The translations under genes and the position numbers were made by a program. DNA of 64,000 nucleotides from a virus: the IMG/VR virus record IMGVR_UViG_3300045988_094716, positions 47,865 to 111,864 of that record. The stretch is one strand, 5' to 3'. This document shows positions 54,753 to 63,953 of the stretch, in pieces (positions within the stretch are counted from its first letter, which is position 1; every line of letters starts with the position of its first letter). The notes beneath the pieces were generated by a model. That model was given only the letters and a program-made list of their open reading frames with translations. It made no database searches and was not told the DNA's origin.

Positions 54753-55007
54753 ATGGAAAAGAAATACGTAAAAATTTTTAAATGCCGTGGATGTGATCGC
54801 TACATCACTTTTTATGATGTTGATTTATCTGCTGTTGAGGAATGGACTCTTTCCGAAATGTTTAGAGATGGGCGTAAACCCGCTGAAGTATCTGGTGGAT
54901 CTAGGCTTTCTGGACAAAATAAATTCTTGCTCCACAGATGTGATCCAGAAAAGCTTTGTGTTTGTGATTTTATTGGATGGAAAGAAATCGAGGCTGAACA
55001 TGATTAA
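54753..55007 (+). CDS. zinc-ribbon protein (84 aa)
   Basis: CRGCDRY...CDPEKLCVC. Confidence 0.4.
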   Translation: MEKKYVKIFKCRGCDRYITFYDVDLSAVEEWTLSEMFRDGRKPAEVSGGSRLSGQNKFLLHRCDPEKLCVCDFIGWKEIEAEHD

Positions 55008-55338
55008 CAATCCTTTTGTAGAGGAAGGCATTATCGCTTGCCAGTATTGTGGCAGCGGCGAGTATCTTTGTAATGAAGATGGGAATCGAAATAGTTATTG
55101 CGGTCAGTGTGGCACTCGAATTGACTGGCCGGAAACTAAGTTGGATGACTGGAATGTCCCGACGATAAATCTTCCGAAGCCTTGTAGCACTGTCATAGCA
55201 AAATACGGAGAACGAGAAACTAGAGTGTGGTATTCAATGAAAGGAAATTGGATGCCAGACAAGGGGCTTACTTATTTAAAAGTGCCTGATGTATGGCGGT
55301 ATTTAAAGGAGAATGAACGTGAAGAAAGTGATCCTTGA
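55000..55338 (+). CDS. zinc-ribbon protein (112 aa)
   Basis: CQYCGSGEYLC...CGQCG. Confidence 0.4.
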   Translation: MINNPFVEEGIIACQYCGSGEYLCNEDGNRNSYCGQCGTRIDWPETKLDDWNVPTINLPKPCSTVIAKYGERETRVWYSMKGNWMPDKGLTYLKVPDVWRYLKENEREESDP

Positions 55339-55669
55339 ACTTCTGGTTGATGAAAACGGAGACGAAGATATCAACTCAATTAAAGGCGACATCTATGACA
55401 AACTTGAGCATTGTTATCATAATATAAAGTTGATTTCATATAAGGAAGAGAATATTGATACACGATGGTTCTGTGCAAAAAATAACACTCCTCCTGTGCC
55501 AGAAGGTGGAATGTGCTCAGAAGATGTTATTATAAAATACAAGAACGGTACAGAATGTAAAGCCTGCATTACTTTTAATGGTGTATGGTATAACGAAGAT
55601 TTATATGAAGTAGCCGATAAGGTAGTGTATTGGCGATACATGACGGAGGAAGAGAAGGATGGGGCTTAA
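55313..55669 (+). CDS. hypothetical protein (118 aa)
   Basis: ORF. Confidence 0.4.
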   Translation: MNVKKVILELLVDENGDEDINSIKGDIYDKLEHCYHNIKLISYKEENIDTRWFCAKNNTPPVPEGGMCSEDVIIKYKNGTECKACITFNGVWYNEDLYEVADKVVYWRYMTEEEKDGA

Positions 55670-55934
55670 AGAACATGAGAAGATTCTCTTTACTATGTGT
55701 TGGACGTTCCGAAAAGTTATGTGGCCTCGCCATGTCTATATTTACCTTCGTAAGATTATCCCATACAAGCAGTTTGTTTATTATCTTAAAAAGTGGGAAG
55801 AGCTTGGTTTTTACGACTATGGAGTAAATCAAGAACTTGGCTGGTTCTATCCAGAAAACTTTCCAGATAGATACAAGGAAATAATTGAAGGTGTAGAGGA
55901 TTTTAAAGAACACGAAGCCGGATACGTTTTCTAA
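55659..55934 (+). CDS. hypothetical protein (91 aa)
   Basis: ORF. Confidence 0.35.
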   Translation: MGLKEHEKILFTMCWTFRKVMWPRHVYIYLRKIIPYKQFVYYLKKWEELGFYDYGVNQELGWFYPENFPDRYKEIIEGVEDFKEHEAGYVF

Positions 55935-55962
55935 AATCCCGCTTTTATTAGAAAGGAAAAGT

Positions 55963-56271
55963 ATGTTTAAGACTTTCAAAAATACTGCCGTATGTGTACT
56001 TCTAGCAGCGATTATACTGACTGGATGCAGTACAAGTGTGAAAGACTCAGTAGGGAATGTAGCTGTAGAGAATGGTTGGTTCTATCGTATCAATGATACC
56101 CCTATGGTATACGACAAGGATACACATATTATGTATTACTTATTCTCTAAATGTACAACCAATCGAGGCTATGGTTATATGTCTCCTTATTATAATGAGC
56201 ACGGTCAGATGTGCTACTACATTGATGGTCAGATTATTCCTGTCGAGGAGGTGTTAATCGATGTTGACTGA
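55963..56271 (+). CDS. putative lipoprotein (signal peptide + LTGC lipobox)
   Basis: MFKTFKNTAVCVLLAAIILTGCSTS. Confidence 0.5.
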   Translation: MFKTFKNTAVCVLLAAIILTGCSTSVKDSVGNVAVENGWFYRINDTPMVYDKDTHIMYYLFSKCTTNRGYGYMSPYYNEHGQMCYYIDGQIIPVEEVLIDVD

Positions 56272-56449
56272 TTTTACGATTGCTGTCTTAGCAACTCTAA
56301 TTATGATGGGCTGTTGCATCCGATGTGAGCAACTTATCGTTGAAGTGTCCAAGGCAAGTTTTGATGACGAAAGAACACAGAAGTTCTTTTGTGGAGTTGT
56401 GAACGTTGCTATTGTCGTGTTTGCAGCACTACAGACGTTTAAGCATTGA
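56261..56449 (+). CDS. small membrane protein (62 aa)
   Basis: hydrophobic helices. Confidence 0.35.
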   Translation: MLTDFTIAVLATLIMMGCCIRCEQLIVEVSKASFDDERTQKFFCGVVNVAIVVFAALQTFKH

Positions 56450-56460
56450 GGTGGTTTAAG

Positions 56461-56829
56461 ATGGCGAAATACATTCCTGAAAATGCTCGATGGGCGGACA
56501 TCACTCCTTTGCTAGATGAGATTGACAGTGGCTTAAAACATATGCGCTTTTATGACGAACGAGATGACTATTCCGATTTCCTAGCAGAAGAACGCGAAGA
56601 CCTATTAGGGCTTCCGAAAGCAGAATCTAATACAGTTCGTGCTATTGCACACTGGGATCACTGGCCGTGCGATGACGAAGAAGACTCTGTATATCATTGT
56701 TCTAATTGCAACGAACAGTTTTACGAAGATTTTTTCTATCCGCGCGAGACACCTTGTATCGGCTCTGAGAAATACAAGCCTTTTAAGTATTGTCCCTATT
56801 GTGGGGCAAAAATGGAGGGCATTAAATGA
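56461..56829 (+). CDS. hypothetical protein with C-terminal zinc ribbon (122 aa)
   Basis: CSNCN...CPYCG. Confidence 0.4.
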   Translation: MAKYIPENARWADITPLLDEIDSGLKHMRFYDERDDYSDFLAEEREDLLGLPKAESNTVRAIAHWDHWPCDDEEDSVYHCSNCNEQFYEDFFYPRETPCIGSEKYKPFKYCPYCGAKMEGIK

Positions 56830-57329
56830 ACTACGCTAAAATTGTTCCCTGTGATATAGCAAATGGCGAAGGGGTGCGCGTCACACTTTTCGTGCAGGGT
56901 TGTGATCATCATTGTCCCGGCTGTCAGAATCCTACTACATGGGACCCGAATGGTGGTCAGCCATTCACAGATGAAACGCTTGATAAAATTGTAGATTTAC
57001 TTCGACCTGATTATATTCAGGGGCTTACGCTTACTGGTGGAGATCCACTCTTGCCGGAGAATAGAGAAGTTGTTAAGAAAATCGTCCATCGTGTGTGGAC
57101 TGAATTTCTAAGCAAAAAAGACGTCTGGCTCTGGACTGGATACAAGTGGGAAGACTTATGGAACCAAGATGGACTTGTGGCTGACATTCTTGCGGATATC
57201 AACGTCCTTGTAGATGGTCCTTTTATTGAAGCAGAAAAAGATATCTCACTTCCATATATGGGAAGTAAGAACCAACGAGTAATTGATATTAAATGGAGTC
57301 TTGGATATAAAGAGCCAACCCTTTGGTAG
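56826..57329 (+). CDS. nrdG: anaerobic ribonucleotide reductase activating protein NrdG (radical SAM); one of the few genes here ending in TAG
   Basis: CDIANGEGVRVTLFVQGCDHHCPGCQN. Confidence 0.85.
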   Translation: MNYAKIVPCDIANGEGVRVTLFVQGCDHHCPGCQNPTTWDPNGGQPFTDETLDKIVDLLRPDYIQGLTLTGGDPLLPENREVVKKIVHRVWTEFLSKKDVWLWTGYKWEDLWNQDGLVADILADINVLVDGPFIEAEKDISLPYMGSKNQRVIDIKWSLGYKEPTLW

Positions 57330-57354
57330 ACTCCAGAAGAGAAAGGAAAATAAT

Positions 57355-57888
57355 ATGGATTTAGGAAACGCAACTACTAATCTTGGCTATGGCATGAGTC
57401 GGATGCCGTATCGCCCCAACATTAAGATCAATAAACTGCACGAAGATGCTCGTCTGCCGACTTATGGTTCTAAAAATGCTGCTTGTGCAGACCTGTATGC
57501 TTACATTAGTTTTGATGATGCAACGATGGTAAACAAGAATGGCGACCGCTGCATTATGATTCAGCCGGGTGAGACAGTTAAGGTACATACTGGTCTGCGA
57601 ATGGCTCTGCCGGAAGGTTGGTACGTCGCTATCTACGCTCGTAGCGGTATGGCAACCAAGCAGGGACTTGCTCCTGCGAATAAAACTGGTATTTGCGATC
57701 AGGATTATCGTGGCGAGTACATCGTTGCTTTACATAATCATTCCGACATCCCTCAAATGATTACTCATGGTGACCGTATTGCTCAGATGGCAGTTGTTCC
57801 GTTTTGGCAGGCTGATTTTGAAGAAGTTTCCGAATTGGACGAAACTGAGCGTGGAGCCGGTGGTTTTGGAAGTACCGGAAAACAGTAA
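57355..57888 (+). CDS. dut: dUTP diphosphatase (trimeric dUTPase)
   Basis: motifs ARSG, GICDQDYRGE, GDRIAQM, RGAGGFGSTG. Confidence 0.9.
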   Translation: MDLGNATTNLGYGMSRMPYRPNIKINKLHEDARLPTYGSKNAACADLYAYISFDDATMVNKNGDRCIMIQPGETVKVHTGLRMALPEGWYVAIYARSGMATKQGLAPANKTGICDQDYRGEYIVALHNHSDIPQMITHGDRIAQMAVVPFWQADFEEVSELDETERGAGGFGSTGKQ

Positions 57889-57954
57889 GAGAATAAAGCT
57901 GATGTTTTAAAGAGGGTTAAAGCTAAGGACAGCATCAAGTAAGGAGAATATATA

Positions 57955-58278
57955 ATGAAGTATTATATTATCGAATCTCATTACGAGAAAGAAGCTCCAT
58001 TTGGAATTGCATGGCAAGTAAAGCTGTTTGACGAGCACACGCTTTTGGAAGAATACGACCACATCTTCTATAACGAGATTGCCGGTTACTGTAAATGTCT
58101 TGAGGACATTGGGTTTATTGAAAATGTCGAAGTGAAAGTTGATATTAAAAGCGAATTGAAGAAATTGCAGGAATTCCAGAAGAGCATCGGTGAAATTATC
58201 GCATCGGCTGCAACGCTGGAGAATCCTGCAAAAAGTGTAGAAACACCTTCGATTAGAACGAAATATTCATTCTGGTAA
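57955..58278 (+). CDS. hypothetical protein (107 aa)
   Basis: ORF with AAGGAG RBS. Confidence 0.45.
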   Translation: MKYYIIESHYEKEAPFGIAWQVKLFDEHTLLEEYDHIFYNEIAGYCKCLEDIGFIENVEVKVDIKSELKKLQEFQKSIGEIIASAATLENPAKSVETPSIRTKYSFW

Positions 58279-58325
58279 AAGGTAAATTTTATGGGTGGGT
58301 GGGAGGAATAAGAGGATGTGAATGA

Positions 58326-59063
58326 ATGGAACTTTATAATGATGATTGTTTGAAAATTATGCCACAAATCACAGATAAATCTATCGATATGATTCTTTGT
58401 GACTTGCCATATGGTGTCACTCACAATAAATGGGATTCTGTGATTCCTTTCGACAAGCTGTGGGATCAATACAACCGAATTATTAAAGATAACGGTGCGA
58501 TTTGCCTATTTGCCGATGGAATGTTTATGGCAGATCTTATGGAAAGTAACCGCAAAATGTGGCGATATAATCTCGTGTGGAACAAAGTTCTTTCATCTGG
58601 ATTTTTGAATGCAAAACGAATGCCACTCCGCAGTACAGAAGAAATTGTTGTTTTTTATAAAAGGCTTCCTACATATAATCCACAATTCACAGAAGGTGAA
58701 CCGCTACACGGAATGGGCACAAAATATAAAGATGGAAATCGTAAAAACAACAACTACGGCAACTTTAATTCTACAAATCAGGCATCTGCGGAAAGAGTAG
58801 GAGACACAAAGAAGTATCCAAAATCTTTGGTGACTTTTCCAAGAGCGCATAGTTCTGTTATGCTTCATCCAACCGAAAAGCCAGTGGCTTTAATGGAGTG
58901 GCTTATCAGTACATATACGAATAAAGGTGAAACCGTTCTTGATAATTGTATGGGAGTTGGTGGAAGTGGCGTCGCCGCTAGAAAGCTTGAACGAAATTAT
59001 ATTGGAATAGAGCTTAATCAGAAATATTTTGAAATTGCTAAAGAAAGAATCGAGGTCGCATGA
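58326..59063 (+). CDS. DNA methyltransferase (N6-adenine / N4-cytosine class, ParB-less)
   Basis: DLPYG (DPPY-type motif IV) and HPTEKP motif. Confidence 0.75.
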   Translation: MELYNDDCLKIMPQITDKSIDMILCDLPYGVTHNKWDSVIPFDKLWDQYNRIIKDNGAICLFADGMFMADLMESNRKMWRYNLVWNKVLSSGFLNAKRMPLRSTEEIVVFYKRLPTYNPQFTEGEPLHGMGTKYKDGNRKNNNYGNFNSTNQASAERVGDTKKYPKSLVTFPRAHSSVMLHPTEKPVALMEWLISTYTNKGETVLDNCMGVGGSGVAARKLERNYIGIELNQKYFEIAKERIEVA

Positions 59064-59296
59064 AAGCACATATTCGAGAAGAAAAGAAAACAGCTCCATT
59101 AAAACTTGGTGAGGGAGCTCTATTTCAAAATAAAGACAGCAAACTGTATAAGATTTGCGACACGGCAGAATATGATGAGACATATACCGACGATGAAGTT
59201 ATCAAGGTTACTTTATCTGAAGGAAATAAGATTCAAGAAAAAAATCTCAAAGATATTTTTAATAGGTCGTTTGTGTTTGCGGCGAATAATATTTGA
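59060..59296 (+). CDS. hypothetical protein (78 aa)
   Basis: ORF overlapping upstream stop. Confidence 0.4.
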   Translation: MKAHIREEKKTAPLKLGEGALFQNKDSKLYKICDTAEYDETYTDDEVIKVTLSEGNKIQEKNLKDIFNRSFVFAANNI

Positions 59297-59306
59297 GGAA
59301 TAAAAT

Positions 59307-59660
59307 ATGGTTTACGACATTAAAACAGTCCCAGAAGATACTCCTCTATGGTGTACTGGATTTAGATTTGACGATACAAAGGCTGGCATCAAATGTGAGC
59401 CTGTCTTTGGTACTTTTGAAGAAAGAAGTTACTATTCTAAGTTCCATACCTTGAGTAACAAAACGAGATCAAAGACTTTTAGCGTTGGGGCAAATCCTGA
59501 TTGTTATCGTTTCGCAGACACTTATGAAGAAGCGGCAACTGAATATAATGGTATGATTTTCGCTGCCAAATACGAGCTTATGAAAAAACAAAAACATCTA
59601 GAGCAGTGCTTGCTGGCTGATAAGAATGGGTCAGTATATAATCGTGTGAGTATGCAGTAA
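59307..59660 (+). CDS. hypothetical protein (117 aa)
   Basis: ORF with GAGGAA RBS. Confidence 0.45.
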   Translation: MVYDIKTVPEDTPLWCTGFRFDDTKAGIKCEPVFGTFEERSYYSKFHTLSNKTRSKTFSVGANPDCYRFADTYEEAATEYNGMIFAAKYELMKKQKHLEQCLLADKNGSVYNRVSMQ

Positions 59661-59869
59661 AATGTATGATTTATGGAGGGCAGACAATGAAAGAAAACAA
59701 AAATGAAATCATCGAAAAGTATCGCTACGGTGAACATCCAAACTGTGGTACGTGCATCGCAAAAGAAGGTTGCAAAATGCATCCAAATAGTTATGGCTGT
59801 GCATTAACAAAAGATGGAGAATGGATTGGATTTATAAAATAAAACTAGATTTTATGAGGTGGTAAGAGT

Positions 59870-60361
59870 TTGACTAAGCAAATAGGCTATTATAAATCCG
59901 ACTGGTACATTATGGGCATTGATGGAAAATATAACAATGCCTGTATCTCGCATACAGAATCGCAGCTTCGATATACAGTTCCAAGGTCGCCAGAATGGAC
60001 CATCAATGGATTGGGTTTTGCTTACCTTAGAGAACATGGATTTGAAGATTATCCTGAACTCTATGGTATTGTATTCTATGATATGGAGTGGTGGCGACGA
60101 AAACGCTATCCGGGTGACTTTTATGTAGAGATACCAATTTGCGATTCGTGTGCGGATACCTTTCATTTAAAATGGCGTTGTAAGGAATTTCGTGTACATC
60201 AGTGGTCTAACTTGAGAAAAGAAACAAAGTGGGTGAAAGGCAGAAGTAATTACACTATTTGTGAGCTCGCCCATAAGTTGCCACACGAAGAATTTATTGA
60301 GTATTTGAAAGACAACGGCATCTATATTGTAAACGAAAGTGGTGTTGAACTTGGATGGTAA
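59870..60361 (+). CDS. hypothetical protein (163 aa, TTG start)
   Basis: ORF with GAGGTGG RBS. Confidence 0.4.
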   Translation: MTKQIGYYKSDWYIMGIDGKYNNACISHTESQLRYTVPRSPEWTINGLGFAYLREHGFEDYPELYGIVFYDMEWWRRKRYPGDFYVEIPICDSCADTFHLKWRCKEFRVHQWSNLRKETKWVKGRSNYTICELAHKLPHEEFIEYLKDNGIYIVNESGVELGW

Positions 60362-60797
60362 AATTTGTTTTGTGAACTACCGACCATACCTTACAATAGT
60401 AGATTACGGAGATTGGACTCCAAGATGGAAAATCGCATATTGGATTGATATAGATGGATTTAAGCCTGGATTTAGAATCTCAAGGAACTTCATTCATCCA
60501 TATCTAAATAACGTCACGCGCCCATGTTTAAACGTAGTAGCCTATGTCGATATGTATAATCCATTCGTTAAAACACTTTTGTTAAGTTGTATGACAACAA
60601 ATAAGTCAAACCTAATTCCGGGTGATTTATATCTTGTGTGGAGATGTCCCGGTAATTTTTCATGGCCGGACTGCGAGCCACATTTTACATTAAGAAAGTT
60701 CAATCAGAAATATTTATTCAAAGATGGCGACGTGAAATGCTGGGTGAACATGAAAAATATCGATTGGAGCAAACAATGGCTTCTTCATCTTATTTGA
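60339..60797 (+). CDS. hypothetical protein (start uncertain)
   Basis: ORF. Confidence 0.35.
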   Translation: MVLNLDGKICFVNYRPYLTIVDYGDWTPRWKIAYWIDIDGFKPGFRISRNFIHPYLNNVTRPCLNVVAYVDMYNPFVKTLLLSCMTTNKSNLIPGDLYLVWRCPGNFSWPDCEPHFTLRKFNQKYLFKDGDVKCWVNMKNIDWSKQWLLHLI

Positions 60798-60805
60798 GGT
60801 AATAA

Positions 60806-61051
60806 ATGAGTAAAAATAATAGCGGTAATACGTTAAATAAAAGCGGCGAATTTACGGTAGAATTAGGGTTTTATAAAGACCAAACAGAATATTATAAAAG
60901 ATCAATCGAAGATCTACTGCACCATTATACTGATAGCTGTGGCATGTGTACGGTTAATTTAGATTGCAGTGAATGCGTTGTTGATGGTTTTATCAATCAG
61001 CTACGAAATATTCTGTATAGTAGTAGTGAGTATAAAGGAGAAAACATATGA
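60806..61051 (+). CDS. hypothetical protein (81 aa)
   Basis: ORF with GAGGT RBS. Confidence 0.4.
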   Translation: MSKNNSGNTLNKSGEFTVELGFYKDQTEYYKRSIEDLLHHYTDSCGMCTVNLDCSECVVDGFINQLRNILYSSSEYKGENI

Positions 61052-61458
61052 AGCTGCTTTTACAGTCTAATGGAGGATTTTCTGGATTCTATAGTAGATT
61101 TATTTTGATTGATACAGACCTACACAAAATGGTAAAAACGGATAGCCTCATGAAAGATGGTCTAACTGGAATAAAATATATTTGGGACTATATCGATAAT
61201 GAGAAGATTCCAGATATTGATGATTTTGGTAAATCTCTTTGTCAGGATTTCAATTATGATATTTCATTGCTTGAATGTCTTTTACCGACCGCCAAAGTTG
61301 TCACTAATGAGTCCTTCACAATAGACGACATCAATTATGATGTTTATCTATCATCTGAAAACGTTCCGTACAGAAAGTTCAGATTGAATTCTTCGTCATA
61401 TCTTGAAAATAACGCTCTCAGCGCAAAGCTTAGGAAACTATTTCAGACATTCTTATAA
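61048..61458 (+). CDS. hypothetical protein (136 aa)
   Basis: ORF with AAAGGAG RBS. Confidence 0.45.
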   Translation: MKLLLQSNGGFSGFYSRFILIDTDLHKMVKTDSLMKDGLTGIKYIWDYIDNEKIPDIDDFGKSLCQDFNYDISLLECLLPTAKVVTNESFTIDDINYDVYLSSENVPYRKFRLNSSSYLENNALSAKLRKLFQTFL

Positions 61459-61470
61459 AGGAGACTCACA

Positions 61471-62298
61471 ATGATTATTGACTGCAAATCTATCGCACAG
61501 GATATCAAAAATAAAATCAAGAATGTCATCGCAGAAGATGACTATGCTCCTATTTTACATATTTATCAAGTAGGGGACAACCCTGCATCCAATGCTTATA
61601 TTCGCGGCAAGCTGCGTGACTGTGAAGAGGTTGGAATCGGAGTGGAGCTTGTCAAACTGCCAGAAAATATTACCGAAGATGAATTGAACAACAAGATCTT
61701 AGAAGATTATAATTGGGAATATGTGGACGGTATCATTGTTCAGCTTCCGTTGCCAAAACATATCGACCCTAAAAATATTTGTATTCCAGATGAACTTGAC
61801 GTTGATGGCTTTAATTCTACATCTAAATTTCAGCCCTGCACTCCGCTGGGCGTTATGAAGATTTTTGACTCCATCGGTTACGATCTGGATGGCAAGAATG
61901 TACTCGTATGCGGTCAATCTGATATTGTTGGTCGTCCGCTGGTTGATATGCTGATTAAACGGCACTGTAATGTGATCTCTGTGAATAGCACGGGTTCCCG
62001 CATGAAGGCCACTACTCTTGGATTTGAAATGGTCGATGTGGTCATCTCTGCTGTGGGCAAGCGCAACTTTATCACACCGTTTAGTCTTGATCGGGTTGAA
62101 GTCTGCATCGATGTTGGCATCAACTATGACGAGAACGGAAAGCAACACGGAGACTGCGCCGATGATATTTATGAGATGGAAGATATCAAAGTTACACCTC
62201 GTATCGGCGGAGTTGGCCTTATGACACGTGCCATGCTCTTATATAATGTGTGTGTGGCGAGGTATGGGGAAGAGAAGATGGAAGAGGTGATTGAATGA
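61471..62298 (+). CDS. folD: bifunctional methylenetetrahydrofolate dehydrogenase / methenyl-THF cyclohydrolase FolD
   Basis: HIYQVGDNPASNAYIRGKLRDCEEVGI and GQSDIVGRPLVDML match FolD. Confidence 0.8.
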   Translation: MIIDCKSIAQDIKNKIKNVIAEDDYAPILHIYQVGDNPASNAYIRGKLRDCEEVGIGVELVKLPENITEDELNNKILEDYNWEYVDGIIVQLPLPKHIDPKNICIPDELDVDGFNSTSKFQPCTPLGVMKIFDSIGYDLDGKNVLVCGQSDIVGRPLVDMLIKRHCNVISVNSTGSRMKATTLGFEMVDVVISAVGKRNFITPFSLDRVEVCIDVGINYDENGKQHGDCADDIYEMEDIKVTPRIGGVGLMTRAMLLYNVCVARYGEEKMEEVIE

Positions 62299-62489
62299 AG
62301 GAAGTCCCAATTTGGGAAAAGACGACTCTGACGTTAGATGAAGCGGCTGCTTACACGGGGATTGGGGTCTGCCGACTAAGAGCGATTACTGATGATGAAA
62401 ACTGTCCATTGGTACTTTGGGTGGGGAATAAACGTCTTATCAAACGTAAGGCTCTCGAAAAATATATAGATCAAACGTATTCTGTTTGA
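62295..62489 (+). CDS. xis: excisionase / HTH DNA-binding protein (64 aa)
   Basis: small HTH protein (LTLDEAAAYTGIGVCRLR) immediately upstream of the integrase. Confidence 0.55.
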   Translation: MKEVPIWEKTTLTLDEAAAYTGIGVCRLRAITDDENCPLVLWVGNKRLIKRKALEKYIDQTYSV

Positions 62490-62562
62490 AATATAGGCTC
62501 TGATGTGGTATACTCATGGTGTCACACCAGAGCTTCTTATATAACGTAAGGAGTTCTGCATC

Positions 62563-63729
62563 ATGATAAGACGTAAAGATAATAATGGCAAAGTTTTAAA
62601 AGACGGCGAGAGCCAGAGAAAGGATGGGAGATACCAATATAGATGGACAAACAAACTTGGAAAACGCTCAATAATATACGCCACTTCACTTAAAGAATTG
62701 AGAGAAAAAGAAGCTGAAATCCAAGAAAAACTTAATTTGGGTATAACATCTGCTTCAAAAATCACAGTGTACCAATTAGCAAAAAGACATCTCGAAGAAA
62801 CAAAACTTACTATTAGGCCAAGCAGCTATAAAACAAAATCGCAGAATTTGAAAATCTTTCAGAATCACCTAATTGGGGAAATGAATGCAACTGATATTTT
62901 AGTGCGAGATGTAAAACAATTTGCACGAGAATTGGATAACGAAGGATATTGTTATACAACAATCAGAGATGTCATGTCTTTAGCTAGACCGGCATTTCAA
63001 GAAATGTTTGATGAGAATATAATTCCTAGAAATCCATTCGTTTTTAAATTAAATACAGTTGTCAAATGTGACTCAAAAGAAAAAGAAATATTAACAGAAG
63101 AGCAGTATCAAAATCTGATCAAGTTCATGAAATCTAGTCGAGTATATAAAAGGCATGTTGGCATGGTGATGCTTTTGCACGAGACAGGACTTCGAGCAGG
63201 AGAATTATGCGGGCTAACAAAAAAGTCATTTGATTTTGATAATAACACTGTTACTATATCTCATCAGATGGTGTACGATGGAAAGAGCGGCGGGCTGTAT
63301 TTAGCACCTACAAAAACAGAAAGTGGGATAAGGACTATCCCATTATCTAAAGACGCCATCATTGCTTTTGAAGAAGCGGTAAAACAACGTCCGATTGTAA
63401 AAGCAGAGAGAATAATAGATGGGCAAGCCGACTTCTTGTTTATAGCAAAAACTGGAAGGCCCTATACGAATAAAAACCTTGTTAGAATTTTTGAAGGACT
63501 AATCAAAGCCTATAATAGTTGCCATGATGAACCATTGCCTGAAGTCACTGCCCATAGTATGCGTCACGAATATTGTACACGGCTTGTCAAAGCCAAGATG
63601 GATGTTAAATCGGTTCAATACCTCATGGGACATTCGTCGCCCGATATAACCTTGAAAGTGTATACTCATATCTTAAAAGAAGAGACCGAAGCAGAGGCAA
63701 TCAAACAGTTTAATAGGATTGTTTCCTAA
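62563..63729 (+). CDS. int: tyrosine-type site-specific integrase (388 aa)
   Basis: catalytic HSMRHEYCTRL...LMGHSSPDITLKVYTHI; N-terminal arm-binding-like domain. Confidence 0.9.
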   Translation: MIRRKDNNGKVLKDGESQRKDGRYQYRWTNKLGKRSIIYATSLKELREKEAEIQEKLNLGITSASKITVYQLAKRHLEETKLTIRPSSYKTKSQNLKIFQNHLIGEMNATDILVRDVKQFARELDNEGYCYTTIRDVMSLARPAFQEMFDENIIPRNPFVFKLNTVVKCDSKEKEILTEEQYQNLIKFMKSSRVYKRHVGMVMLLHETGLRAGELCGLTKKSFDFDNNTVTISHQMVYDGKSGGLYLAPTKTESGIRTIPLSKDAIIAFEEAVKQRPIVKAERIIDGQADFLFIAKTGRPYTNKNLVRIFEGLIKAYNSCHDEPLPEVTAHSMRHEYCTRLVKAKMDVKSVQYLMGHSSPDITLKVYTHILKEETEAEAIKQFNRIVS

Positions 63730-63733
63730 TTAT

Positions 63734-63755
63734 TTGACACCAATTTTGACACCAA
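63734..63755 (+). repeat. direct repeat TTGACACCAA x2, 12 bp apart
   Basis: seen directly downstream of int stop. Confidence 0.5.
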
Positions 63756-63766
63756 ATCTTCAAAAG

Positions 63767-63876
63767 ATATATAGACTTACAGAGATTTTCATAGAGTCCA
63801 TTTTGGAATGGCAAAAACGACTTCGAAATAATGTCGCAATATCGATAAATATAGACTTATAGAGATTTGCATAGAC
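63767..63876 (+). repeat. two 28-bp direct repeats ATATAGACTTA(C/T)AGAGATTT(T/G)CATAGA(G/C), about 82 bp apart; candidate integrase arm sites / attP region
   Basis: 25/28 identity between copies at about 63767-63794 and 63849-63876. Confidence 0.5.
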
Positions 63877-63880
63877 CATC

Positions 63881-63909
63881 TTGAAAAAAAGTTGGAAGTA
63901 AGGTATAAT
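63881..63909 (+). promoter_or_regulatory. sigma70-like promoter TTGAAA-N17-TATAAT for the downstream gene
   Basis: hexamers at consensus spacing. Confidence 0.45.
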
Positions 63910-63953
63910 ATACCTAATTTTGAAACTCACACAGATAAGCAGGAGGTCTTACC

